From the human T2T-CHM13v2.0 reference genome, Homo sapiens: 64,000 bases of DNA. The notes beneath the pieces are model-generated. The model had not been told where the DNA came from. It saw only the letters and a list, made by a program, of their open reading frames with translations, and searched no databases. Numbering within the stretch: position 1 is the first letter of the stretch; each line of letters starts with the position of its first letter. This document shows positions 12,097 through 24,265 of this stretch, piece by piece. Made by a program: the position numbers and the translations under genes. The stretch lies in assembly GCF_009914755.1 (NCBI RefSeq), contig NC_060927.1. One strand, given 5' to 3'.

Positions 12097-12877
12097 GAAC
12101 TACAAATTAAAACCACAATGAGATACCACCTTTCTCCTGCAAGAATGGCCATTATCAAAAGTCAAAAAACAATAGATGAGATGGCGTGGATGTAGGGAAA
12201 AGGGGCCACTTATACATCGCTGGTGGGAATGTAAATTAGTACAACCTCTACAGAAAAGAGTTTGGAGATTCCTTAAAGAACTAATAGTAGAACTACCATT
12301 CAACCCAGCAATACTACTACTGGGTATCTACTTAGAGGAAAATAAGTCATTATATGAAAAATATACATGCACATGTATGTTTATTGCAGCACAATTCACA
12401 ATTGCAAAGATATGGAACCAACTTAAGTGACCATTGACTAATAAGTAGATAAAGAAAATGTCTGGTATATATACACCATGGAATACTACTCAGTGATAAA
12501 AAAGGAACATGATAACGTCTTTTGCAGCAATTTGGATGGATCTAGAGACCATTATTCTAAGTGAAGTAACTCAGGAGTGGAAAACCAAAAACTATATGTT
12601 CTCACTTAAAAGTGGGAGGTAAGCTGTAAGTACACAAAGGCATACAGAGTGATATACCGAACTTTAGAGACCCAGAAGGGGGAGGGTGAGAGGAAGCTAG
12701 GGATAAAAAACTACAACTTATTAGGTACAGTGTACACTACTCAGGTAATGAGTGCACTAAAATCTCAAATTCAACACTATATAATTCATCCATGTAACAA
12801 AAAACCATTCATGTTTATCCATGTAACAACAAAACCCAAAAACCATTGAAATAAAAATTTTAAAAAATAAAATTAAA
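12097..12877 (+). mobile_element. 5'-truncated L1 (L1PB/L1MA-like) with target-site duplication
   Basis: ORF2 C-terminus ([20 protein letters not shown]), 3' UTR and A tail; TSD aagaa[c/t]atgtcctatag at 12080-12096 and 12878-12894. Confidence 0.9.
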
Positions 12878-12930
12878 AAGAATATGTCCTATAGATCACA
12901 AACACTTCCTTTATTAACTAATTTTTTAAA

Positions 12931-13200
12931 ATGTGAAATATCTGAGTTGAAAACTTCAGCAAGAAAAACTATAGGAAAATGTGAGATGGATAATAAAGAT
13001 AAATATTCTGAGTAAGATGTCAAAGCTGAACATGAAACCATTTAACACAAAAATGATGCATTAGAAGAGTCAACAGAGGCTGAAAGTGTGGATGAGACAG
13101 TAGAATTGTGTCAGAGAAGAAAAGAAACTTTTGTGAACAGCTGCATTTCTATAAAGAAGTCTGATCAAAACTATGCAGAATCAAAGGAAGGTGGACTAAG
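12931..13200 (+). pseudogene. Candidate fossil coding exon, E/K/D/S-rich, 270 nt, phase 2-2
   Basis: One frame of about 90 codons with two TAA stops, ending in AAG|gtaagt; the acceptor position reads ttttttaaa (AG lost). Confidence 0.45.
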
Positions 13201-13309
13201 GTAAGTCTACAACCTGGAGAGGAGAGATTTTTAAACATTTTTTCCTCACCAATTTTTGAAAATAGTATTCTCTAGGCAAATATCTGAGAGCTGTTGTTTT
13301 CCATAATAA

Positions 13310-13805
13310 TATGCTACATAGATGATCATGTTATCTATAATTTCTGAATTTTATGCCATTTACTTCTTTTCTTGCCTACTGCATTGGCTAAACATTCACT
13401 ACTATATTCAATAGAAGTGGTGAAAATAGAAATCCCTGCTGTACTCTCCATCTTAGGAGAAAAGTGTTTAGTCTTTCACCATTAAGTACAGTGTTAGTTG
13501 CAGCTTTTTCTAGTCTATTGCCTTAACCACTCGGCCACAACTACTGCTGGTGTGAATTTTGGCAGTCGTAGCTTTTTCACAGATGCCCTTTATCAGATTG
13601 AGGAAAATTCCTTTTATTCTTAATTTCCTGAGAGCTTTCATTGGGGATGAATTTAAAATTTTGTCTAGGTTGTTTTGTGCATATAATTGGATAATCATAT
13701 GATTTTTCTTCTTTATTCTGTTACACGGTGAATTACACTAATTTGTTTGAGTGTTGAGCCAACCTTGCATTCCTAGGATGAATTCCATTTGGTTGCTATA
13801 AATTA
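13310..13805 (-). mobile_element. L1 ORF2 (RT region) fragment
   Basis: Minus-strand FILGMQGWLN and KALRKLRIKGIFLNLIKGI are L1 RT-like. Confidence 0.85.
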
Positions 13806-15524
13806 CTGTGGCTGACATGGAGATGTACTGCCCAGATCTCCATTCCAGTGCTCTCTGGTTGAAGCTTACTCTGAGGGAGATGATAGCTGGGTGCCGTCTG
13901 CTGACCTCACTCCCTGCAGGCAGGCAGCAAGTCCTTCCTTGACAGGGAATCCCAATCAACAAATAAAAGAATATAGACCAGGCACAAAAAATTTTGTTTG
14001 GGGATGGAGGTGGAGTAAAGAAAGAGGAAACAGTGAGCTCAGCTTTGTCTACCTGTGCCCACCAGCCCAATTTCTCCCAACAATTGACAAATTAAATTGA
14101 AAAGCCCTGCTATATTATTCTTCCAAAGCTAAGTTGGATACATTATTATAAAGTTGACTTTATGTATATAAGAAGGTAATAGATATCCATTTGTAATACA
14201 AGTGGGCTTTGGAAGAATATTTATATTGTTGATAAGCTAAAATATAATAATGGTTTGTTTCCCTGAGAGATAATTGCATGCTCCTAATAAGAATCAGTAT
14301 TATAGTGAAGGTTAGTAGCTTTCAAGTGTGATCACAGCTACTTTACTTGTTCTTTCATTTGCTTGGTTGACATCTAAGTGCTTTTATTTTTACTTATGCA
14401 ACTTCCAAGGAATTATTTGAATATTAAACAATTTGTACCTGCCTTCCTCCCAAAAGGATCTGAGAGAAGGTGGCTCCGTTTACAGCCAGATTGCTTATGT
14501 CAATCTGAAAAATTGTGCACCATCTAATCCCACAGTTGGGCAGAATAAAAAGAGTAGCTGAGCACAAATAGATATTGAGATGCTTTCTTGCTTTTCATAA
14601 GTCATGAATTTATAGTATTGGCCTCATTATTTGGTTTGAAGATAAGTGAATTCCTAGAAATTCAGAGACTGTAATAATCAAGTACAAAAAGCACATTCTT
14701 AAAGCTAAATAATTTGTAGACTAAATATCTCTAGGTATTATTCACATCTCTTTTTCATTAGAGAACCGTCATGGGTTCATCAGATATATATACATTAAAT
14801 AAATTTTAATTTTTTTACCTAAGCAAACACAAGAGTTATACTACTAAAAATATTTAAAGGGAATGATACAATTCTATGTTAAGGCATCTAAATAACTACC
14901 ATTTATCCATGAAGTTGGGTGTTTGAATATTTATTAGATCAGTGTCCTAGTTTTTCTAGCATAATACTTACTCCCAGAGATCTGATTAGATTAGAGCTAT
15001 GTTATTTAAGACGAATGATTTGAAAACATTAGTGACTGTTACCAGGGTAACCAGATGCGAATTGCTCTGATTAAATATTTGTTGTTTAAATTTCATATTC
15101 CAGATTGCTAACAGATGCAGTTATTCAAAAAAAATTTTAATGGTACTTGGTAAATTATAAACTTAAAAACCAACTAATTACAGTTCAAAGACTAGTCTGT
15201 GTAGAAAAAGCATTTTGAAATTAGGGGAAATAGCTATTTTTAGTGTTTTCACTCAATTTATTCTTAATCAGGATCGTTTTCAGAAGCAAGATTATATATA
15301 GTAACTAGTAGACTAGGTTTAGAAAAGTGAAAAAGTCTTCACTATTTTTAGAGACATTTGAAGTTTTGATTTTGGAATGAGTTATAATTTTCAGTTACAG
15401 AGTTACTAAGAACTTTAAAAACTGGTAAAAAGGAAATTAAAATGTGAATTCAGCAATATCATGAAAATTAAATAACACTTATAGTTTTGACAGGATAAAA
15501 AGGAAATACATTTGTGATTATTAC

Positions 15525-15599
15525 CTGTTCCCACTCCATTCCCACTGGGCATCCCACTGGGTTTGGGCCTAGTAGGTCTTGTAGTTGTCCTATTCAGAA
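15525..15599 (-). CDS. ABI3BP: ABI3BP exon (VLNRTTTRPTRPKPSGMPSGNGVGT)
   Basis: tttattttag|TT CTG...ACA G|gtaata; 75 nt. Confidence 0.9.
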
Positions 15600-17250
15600 C
15601 TAAAATAAAGTGGGATATAAATAGTTCATTTTCTTATTGAAAGTTTGCAGCCGAGAAAAACAAAATTTCTCAGAGAATTGAAAGTCATTTAGGCAATAAA
15701 AAAGATGACTTACCAAAAATATTATTCAGAATATAGAAACCACAGTCTCGTATAAAAATAATAGACTTGAATTTGAAAATAGAGACCTGAATTTGTATTC
15801 TGAGGTGATCACTGGGCTTCAATACTTGACTTGAAAAAGTAACTGGCAAGGGAATTTATAATCCGAAGTGGGAAAGATCTTGTTTCATTTATAGGCATTA
15901 GATACATTCCAAAATGGAACTGAAGAAAGATCAGGACTACATATGTCTAATGAAAAACCAAAATCTGAAATGTATTTGTCAAGGCCTCCATTCATAAGTT
16001 GGAGTCTTTCCACATCCTTTTGTGGGAATCCCTAGGTACAGAGGTTTCATTATACTAGTCCTTTCACAAAGTCCATTGCCAAGCACAGAACTTGATGAAA
16101 CCATTTTACTTTCTTTCCTGCTTGGGAGAAAGTCATAGCCTTACCAAAGCCTTGAGAGGTGATCTATTTTATAACCCATTTAGAAGATTCTTTAAGGAGG
16201 AGCACTAAGTGTACTGTGCTTATGTGAGAAGCTCTGGAGCCATACTGCTCATCTTTTGATCCACTTTCTAGTTCCTCTGTGTGCCTCAGCTTCCTCAACT
16301 GTACCTCACAGGGCACATGGCCAGTGCTCGGTCATTATTAGCCATGATTGTTACTACTTAGTTTTTAGAAATGTTTAATATAACCAGTCTCACATTAAGC
16401 TCTCAACACCTATCATGACACACAAAGTCAGAGAGAAATACACATGGTTATAGAAGATTTCTGTGCCCAATTATCTTTAGAAGTTGGAAAATTATAACAA
16501 AATATATGGACTCTACATAAACCAAATAATATAAAATTATTGTTATAAAGATGCATTCCCCGAGAACATTCATTCGTAGCAGGTTTCATCATTTGGAACT
16601 TTAAGAGTCCTTAGAATCACAAAGAAAAAGAAAATGAAACACCAGTGTGTGGTCCAACTTGTGCCTCAGCATAAGAGTGATTTACATGAACTAGATCAAC
16701 CCCTGCAAGTTAACTTTTTTTCTGAACAAGCTCCAATGAGGGTAATCCTAGGACCTTTGGAGAATTTAGTAAATTTAACATATTTCCCAATATATAACTA
16801 TTTTTGCTGTTTATAACTTGTGATATTTTTATTCTCTGAAGGAATCAAGTAAAAATGTTCTCCCAGAACAAGAGCTTTCCTGTGCTGAAAAGAGACCATC
16901 TTTTCTTCAGAGAGAAAGAATATCTGAAAGTAAGTATTAAATAATAACATGTCATAGCTAACTCTATGCAACCTCTTTGTCAGGAAAATTGTCCAACACT
17001 ATTTTTAAATACTTTTAAATCAATAAAATTTCATAGTGATCTCTGCATCTGATTATCCTCAAAATCCTTAGTCAAGTCTTGTCACATTTATGGATTCATC
17101 AATACCTTTCCACTTATCCACACAGATCAGAGTCTCTGTACATCTCTTATTGCAATGTAAGGGTTCCCCTTTGGTGTATTTGGCTATTTCAGTCCATTTC
17201 ATATCTTCCCCTGCCTGCTGATTATTTAAGTCATCAGAGAAACAACTTAC

Positions 17251-17313
17251 CAGGTCTGATGTGTGGCTTGTCAGATGTTCTGGGCCTCACAGTAGTATAA
17301 AATCTGTGTGGCG
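17251..17313 (-). CDS. ABI3BP: ABI3BP exon (APHRFYTTVRPRTSDKPHIRP)
   Basis: ctgtttcag|CG CCA...CCT G|gtaagt; 63 nt. Confidence 0.94.
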
Positions 17314-20300
17314 CTGAAACAGAGGAACACTTTATATTTAATAACCAACAGACCAAAGCCTCCTGAATGGAGATTTAGCATCCTAGGGACCAACAACTCA
17401 TACACTTTGCATGGACGTATAAAGAAGGTTCAGAAAATTCCCATTATGCATTATAGACTTCACGCTAAAGGAAAATAAAACAAAGAAAATATACATGACT
17501 GAAAATTAAAGATGCACATAGAATGAGGTAGTTCATTTGTAAGATGTGTTAAGGATTAGTCATCATTTTGTCCCTATTTTTCAAGAGCATTCATTTTACC
17601 AGATGTTTGCTTAGCATGATAAACCCATAAGCCATCCATCTGTCTGTTCATCTGTCCATCCATCCATCCATCTAATCTCTCAGTGAAGAGTCATTGTGAA
17701 ATATTATTTTGCTAAAGAAGTCAAGCAATCTTAAAGGTAAAAAGAGATTGAATGTTTAGGTAGGTAAAGAAGAAAGAGTAGGAGTATATGGTCTCTATCA
17801 AATGGTCTTTGCTCATGAACCTGAAACAAGTAAGTATTCACTCAGTGTCATCCATAATGCTGTAGAAATGACAGAAAATGACATCTGGTGCCCTGCCTAT
17901 CAAAAGAGGACAAGCAAGGAGCAAGAACTCAGATAATCCCTGGGCCAATTATCCAGGACCTGCACAGAAAGGCATCCTAATGAAGACTTGCTGAAGGAAT
18001 GAATAAGTGGGTGACCATTGTATGCAGGCAAACTTGTGAGAACCTGCTGAGATATTAATGCATCCTAAGGTTTTAAGGTAAGCATTCATCCTGGAATTCA
18101 TCTATTCCATGCTGCTTCTCCTGTCCCCACTTCCCTATCACATACTGCCTCCTGCCACCAGCTTTCTTGGTAATGTTTTTGGAAAAATTTTTTCTTGCAA
18201 ACTTTGTAAGTAGATTACATCATTTTAATGATTTTATTCACATATTGAGTGGATATTTATATAGCCATAAATCAGCAATGCCTTGCCTACTAAGTTAAAA
18301 AAGTATGCCTGTGAAATTGGTTATAATGTAGCTCATTTATAAACTTCCAATGTAAAGACTGTGATGAGCAGAATTTTGCCATACTTCAAACCAACAACAG
18401 CGGACACACACTGAAATTCTCTATAGGCTTATTTTGGGCCTTCCCAAGTATAATAACCATAAAAATTAATTCTCACAGACCCTAAAGTGCCTGATGATTA
18501 TTTGCAATTTTTTTCTTCCAAGTTTGAGATGGTGGGATTCCCTGTTAATTTAGCCTATTTCTTCTTTCCACATAAATCCCTTTGAATGTTAGGTTGCTTC
18601 TGCTTAAAAAAGATAAGAATCATAGTTCTTGTCTCATTCTAGAATATGTATAAATTTTAAGACTTTGGACAGGAAAGAGATTGAGAGTAGACCACAGAAA
18701 TAATCAGCACTACATGATTTCAAAGCCATGGCATCTGAATTTTTGTTTTAGTTTTCTCCATAGTCTTCATTTAAGTCTAGAAAGAATTTTTTTATAAAAG
18801 AGCTTAAATATAATTTAAGTTTAGGTTGTAACTTACTCATATAGCTCATCACCAAACAATATATGGCCTTGAGGGTTTCAATTTTAAACATAGTACAAGA
18901 GCTAAGGATATAAGAAAAAAGTCAGCATGTACAAATATGTTAAGACAATTTATATAATGATATGAGATCATGGATATACTCCCAATAACAGGTGAAATTT
19001 ATATTTAATACAATATTTTGAAGGAATTTGATTAAAATTCCATATATACTAGTAATGGTGACACAATATTCTCTTTAAAGTAGGAAAAGGCAAAACGAGG
19101 AAAGAACAGGCCTGTGATCTTTTATCCTCATTCTGAAATCCTTAAATCTCTAAAAAGCTGAAATCTTTCTCATTTGGCAACACAACCTGTGTGGAATGAA
19201 AGTCTTTATTTATCCTGCTTGTTGTAAATATTTATGTATTTTGTGGTAAAAACAGATTGATTATGAGAATCCAGCTATCTTCTCTTAAGCCAGAAATTAA
19301 AGAGATTTGCAAAAACATGAAATAATAAACATACAGAAATCAGGGTGGAATAGGGATGTATCACAACGGAACATCTGTTCATTGCTGAGGCTGGTAATAG
19401 AGATGTGAGAGGGCTGTCAATATGTTATACTTCAGACTTCTGTGTGTAATTATAAATTAACAGCAAATAAAAATTAAATGAAGTAATTGAATAAAAGTTT
19501 AAAACGTAACAAAAAGTTAAACCAAACAAACAATAAAAAAGATTTAGAAAATTTAGAGGAACTGCCCTTTACTATAGTCTTTCTTAGTCACGTTTACTTG
19601 TAATAAATATTGCCCCAGTGACACATGTACTTTAAAATGAGATTTCTTTCATTATCATTTCCTCTTATTATCAAACTTCTCCCACCAACTTTCCCCCTCA
19701 AATTAGAACTCATAATGGGCAACATACATTTATTTGTGTTCTAACTCCCTAAATGTTTGCTGGTTTTGGTCTTATTTTTGGCTTTCTACCATCTGATAGA
19801 GGCAGAGATGGGCAAAAGGGGTATTAGCAGTCCACAAGTGTTATAACCTAAGTAGGATAGTAGGATAGAAAAGTGTAAAGAGGAAAAGACTTCTGAGTGC
19901 ATGAAGATGAGATAGAGCTTTGTGTAGGCGAGTTCACTTCCCCAAAAGCAGAAAATCACAGAGAAGAAATAAAAAGTAGGAAATCACTTCTCTGGATGTT
20001 TAAATATTGTCATAATTTTGAAAAATGATTTTTCTTTTTAATAGCTTTTTTCTTATTAATGTATTTCATCAAATGGGGGAAGATTGGAGAAAGTGAGAAA
20101 AGGAGAGAAGAGAAGGAGGAGGACCAGGAGGAAGTTAGAGAGGGAGCAGGAAGAGGAAGACAACAGTTATTATTTATCAGATATGGAAAACGAGGCAAAT
20201 GAAGGTCAAATGTGTGGAAAAAATGGGATCTTCCACTCTTAGTTATAAGCATCAAGTAGTCAACAATACATTAAAAAAAGTAAGTGCCAGTGAAAGAACT

Positions 20301-20487
20301 GGTCTTGCCTACATTCAATTGATATTCATATGAGTATTCAGATTTGGCTGATTTCTTTCACCTATAAAATGACAAAAAAAGTCAAGTAATCCACTGTGTT
20401 GAGAAATGACATTCTGAAAGAAAATTTCTTTCCTGATTAAAAGCAAATAAGGAAAAGTTATTCTCCAGAGGTAGGGGAGAGGATTAC

Positions 20488-20565
20488 CCTGAGTTGTCTT
20501 TGCTAGTTCAGTTGTTCGTGGAATCTTAGTTGTGAAAGGTTCTTGGGTGGATTGGTCTGTTTCTT
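20488..20565 (-). CDS. ABI3BP: ABI3BP exon (EETDQSTQEPFTTKIPRTTELAKTTQ)
   Basis: ttttctctag|AA GAA...CAG G|gtaatc; 78 nt. Confidence 0.94.
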
Positions 20566-22029
20566 CTAGAGAAAACACAGTAAGATTGCTTGTTTTAAAT
20601 AATTAACATTATGAATATGACCAAAAAAACCCATACTCTTTTCTGTCCCATGCAATAATAAAAGGATAAGTTGCATTTAGAAATACACTCAGTAATCACA
20701 ATAATTCAAAGTTAGTGGTACATTTTAATAACTCTCATTTATGATATCTGCTGTTTTACACTATTATTTTAATGATTGTTATAAGGATTTCCAAAAGCTT
20801 TTAGCTCAGGATCATTGTATCATTAATCTAGTTGTGGCTATTCTTGGATATGGCTCATGTATGAAAGTCTCCTAGTTGCCTCGATGTATTTATCTCCTTC
20901 ATGTTTCTTTCCTGCCCATAAATCTCACATGTTATTTTGATGAGCTGGAAAGGAAGTATATCATATGAAAAGATGTATATTTACATCACATAAAACAAAT
21001 ATTCTATTTTTCTCATGTGAAAATCAGAGCGTATGTTTGACATACAAACACAATCCTCTTGACAAAATAAAAAAAATACATACAGCAATACTCCCATTCC
21101 CATGTTACCTTGAAATCATATATTATATAGACACAGCAAATTACACTGTTCACTTTGCCCATATTGGATCCAAGGAAATACTTGGTATAAATGATACACT
21201 GCTATCTTTTTGTTTTCTGTCCTGCTTTTGTATTCTCTTGATTCTGCTCAAGAAATACACTTGTGATAATTGACAGGCAATGGTTCTGATGTGAATAAAC
21301 CAAGACACATTAGAAAAATAGGGAGTAGAAGTTAAATAATTAGCATATTCAGTAGTGGTTTTTGAAAAGTACTTTTAACTTTGCCATCATGGGCACTATT
21401 GATTTTGCAGAAATAAGCTAGATTAGATGAATATTTGATTAGAATATATTTGCTCAATTTTAATTTTTCTTCCAAAAGGATTTTATTTTAAAATGTGATC
21501 AGTAACTTTATTTCAGTAGATACCCACAAAGGATGGATTATTAGAAAAGGAATGAAGGGAGACAAATAGGGCCACTGACTTAAACAAAGCCATATGGGAT
21601 GCAATGTAGACAGGAGAGAGGAGCCAACAAACACAAGCCAGAACTTTAGCTTTTTGGTTCATTTTCAACCAAGAGGCAGGCAAACTGGAGTTTCCCACAC
21701 AGCACATTTGTGTTGAACTCCTTGAAAGCATGTTCAGCTCATCCCAGTGGACCTTTCCAACTTACCCATCCTTGTTTCTCCAGGCAACTACCTGCTTATC
21801 AGTTTAGTCTAACTGTCATTCCTTGCCCTGTGCCTCTTTCCCATCTGTCCGTAACTTCAAAGAACCATTTGCATCTTTGACTGGTCAACTTTCATTCCAA
21901 CTTGAAGACCCAGTGTAAATGACCCTAATCTGAGAGGCCTTTCCTTATTTCTCCAGGTAGTTTGTTTGTTCAACATGTTGCTCTTTTCTCTATCACACTC
22001 ATTGTAATTAGTATAACATTGATGTTAAT

Positions 22030-22230
22030 CCTAGGCACCCTGTCGGCTGAGTGTGTAGATTCTAATCCTGGCTCTGACACCAGCTGTTTCACCTTGGCCA
22101 AACTTTTAAACCCTCTACGCCTCAATTTTCTAATCTGTAAAATGGAACAAGTAATAGAACTTACTTCACAGAGTTACATGGTTTACATTTTAAAAAGGCA
22201 TGTAGTGTATTGGGTGGCACAGAGGCTGCA
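22030..22230 (+). mobile_element. MIR within an L2-like region
   Basis: aatcctggctctg...cctcaattttctaatctgtaaaatgg core. Confidence 0.7.
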
Positions 22231-22719
22231 GTATTATAACCAAGTCCTGTCTTCATATTAGAGGGTGAGCCCTCTAGTGTAAGGACTCCTCTTTAAAAGT
22301 TTCTTGTTAGAACTGCATCACCTAACAGTGCACCCAGTAAAGGCTTAATAAATACTAGATAAGTAATTTTTCTTCCCAAATGCAGTTTAAAATACAGAAA
22401 AAGCAACAAAAAAGAACAGCATTGATTTAGGAACATTTTTCTTTTTAGAATACTTAAAATTCTTAAGTATTCTAAATCACACTTAATCACCAGAGCCAAT
22501 TTAACACATCTTAGATGTGTTAAAACATTCTCATTTTATATTGAAAATCAGCATAAATATTAGGACAAATACACAGTTAATGTAAAAGTATTGAGTGAAA
22601 TGGATTTTTAAATAACCTATTATTTAGAAAAAATCTGTGAACATAATGTATTATGGTTACTTTAAGGGAAATTCCTAAAAGGCAAGCTCTCTTTGAACAA
22701 ATATTAAAACGAAATTTAC

Positions 22720-22800
22720 CCAGAGTGGTCTGTAGTTCCTCTTGACTAGGACTTGGGGAAATCATGGGTATAAAAGGGATGCCTCGTGTCTCTAGAGGAG
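22720..22800 (-). CDS. ABI3BP: ABI3BP exon (APLETRGIPFIPMISPSPSQEELQTTL)
   Basis: ctttttgcag|CT CCT...CTG G|gtaaat; 81 nt. Confidence 0.94.
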
Positions 22801-23600
22801 CTGCAAAAAGAAAAGGACCAAGGTTGTAAATTTTTAGATTCAAAGCCAGCACCAGACCAGATTGGTATTACATGAAATTCCTTCATTTGAAGTAGAAAAA
22901 GGAAAGAAGAAAGTTAAGTGTGCACACGACTTTCAGAAAAATGACTGCGGAATATTAGAAAAATGGTTCTCAACTGTTTTTCCACCAGGACACATACTAC
23001 ATGACATTCTGTTCTTGAACCAATCCATCAGAATGGCTGGTTGAGATGGGGTGTGGGTTAGACACAGTCCTGGACTATTGGCTGTAGCTCTGTCCCTCTC
23101 TCCCCCGTTCAAGAGAGCATGCATGATTACCAAATGAGTGAGAATATCATCATTGTTGGTATCATCTCCTTGAGTCTGCTTGAGTAGACTCAAGTAACAA
23201 ATCACTGGGAATTTTCAGTATTTTGACCAATATTGATAATTACTTGCAGTATCTTTCAAACTTACCACATACTAGTATGTTACATTACAGCTGAGAACCA
23301 CTAAACCAATGGAAATTGTTAAATGGGCACCATTAGTAAACACACTGGACTCATTTTGAAACATGGAGATAGATGAAGTAAATGAAGATGTATTCAGTAA
23401 TGTCTTAAGGTGGTCTTCAAAGCAAACCCATTACAACACTGAAATAATTGCTTTTCTGTTTTGGAAAGAGTAATAATAATGAGAATGAAATGATGAATGG
23501 ATTGAGAAGAAATGATGTTTCAACAGGATCATTTGAGAAAGGCCTGCAATCTTGATGGTAGCAAAGAAAACAGAGTTGGTCAATATGGGAAAACCATTAC

Positions 23601-23648
23601 CTATTGTTGTCTTTGGTGGCTCAAATCTAAAGGTAACAGGCTGCAGAA
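23601..23648 (-). CDS. ABI3BP: ABI3BP exon, short B-type (VLQPVTFRFEPPKTTI)
   Basis: ttttggcatag|TT CTG...ATA G|gtaatg; 48 nt. Confidence 0.85.
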   Translation of the reverse strand, partial: FCSLLPLDLSHQRQQ

Positions 23649-24205
23649 CTATGCCAAAAGCAAGCCAAAGGAACATATTTATGAGAATTACTACCTGGCA
23701 AAGTCAAAATAGTTTCCTTATTTTTTAGATGCATTGATTTAATAATTTAAATGTTCTCTAAGAATTGTAATAAATAAGAGAAAATTCTTCACATTAGATG
23801 CCAATCAGAGAACTTAGTTTAACTAAAACTTTGAAGTTCTCATTCACTGTCACTTTGGGGAAAATTTCGAGTAGGCACCCACTTTTTTTTACTTAAAAGT
23901 ACATCCATAGTTGTAATGTAGCTACATTTACATTTTGAAAGGATATAAGCGTTGGCTTAGTTAACAATGATATTTATAATTTTAGCGTGATCTACTCAAT
24001 GAACCTATATACTATTCCCTCACTTCACCAAGGAAAAATATTTCAACCAGATGATTCAATTTACCCACAAGAAATATGCATTTTATACCCATATTTTTTC
24101 TCTAAATTTCTTCCATATCACAACCATTAAAAATATATTTACTTCAAGAATTTTTTTTTTTGAAAAATATACTTCTTAGCCAGAAGGATGAAATAATTAA
24201 TTTAC

Positions 24206-24265
24206 CAGGTTCGCTCTGAGAGACCTCAGGGTATGGTTTATGAGGAAGGAGCACATCTTTTGGAG
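24206..24265 (-). CDS. ABI3BP: ABI3BP exon (APKDVLLPHKPYPEVSQSEP)
   Basis: tttttctttcag|CT CCA...CCT G|gtaaat; 60 nt. Confidence 0.93.

Noticed and set aside
16911-16929. 19-nt + strand ttttcttcag|...|gtaagt element
   Set aside because: Cannot be linked to the antisense fossil gene or to any reading frame from sequence alone
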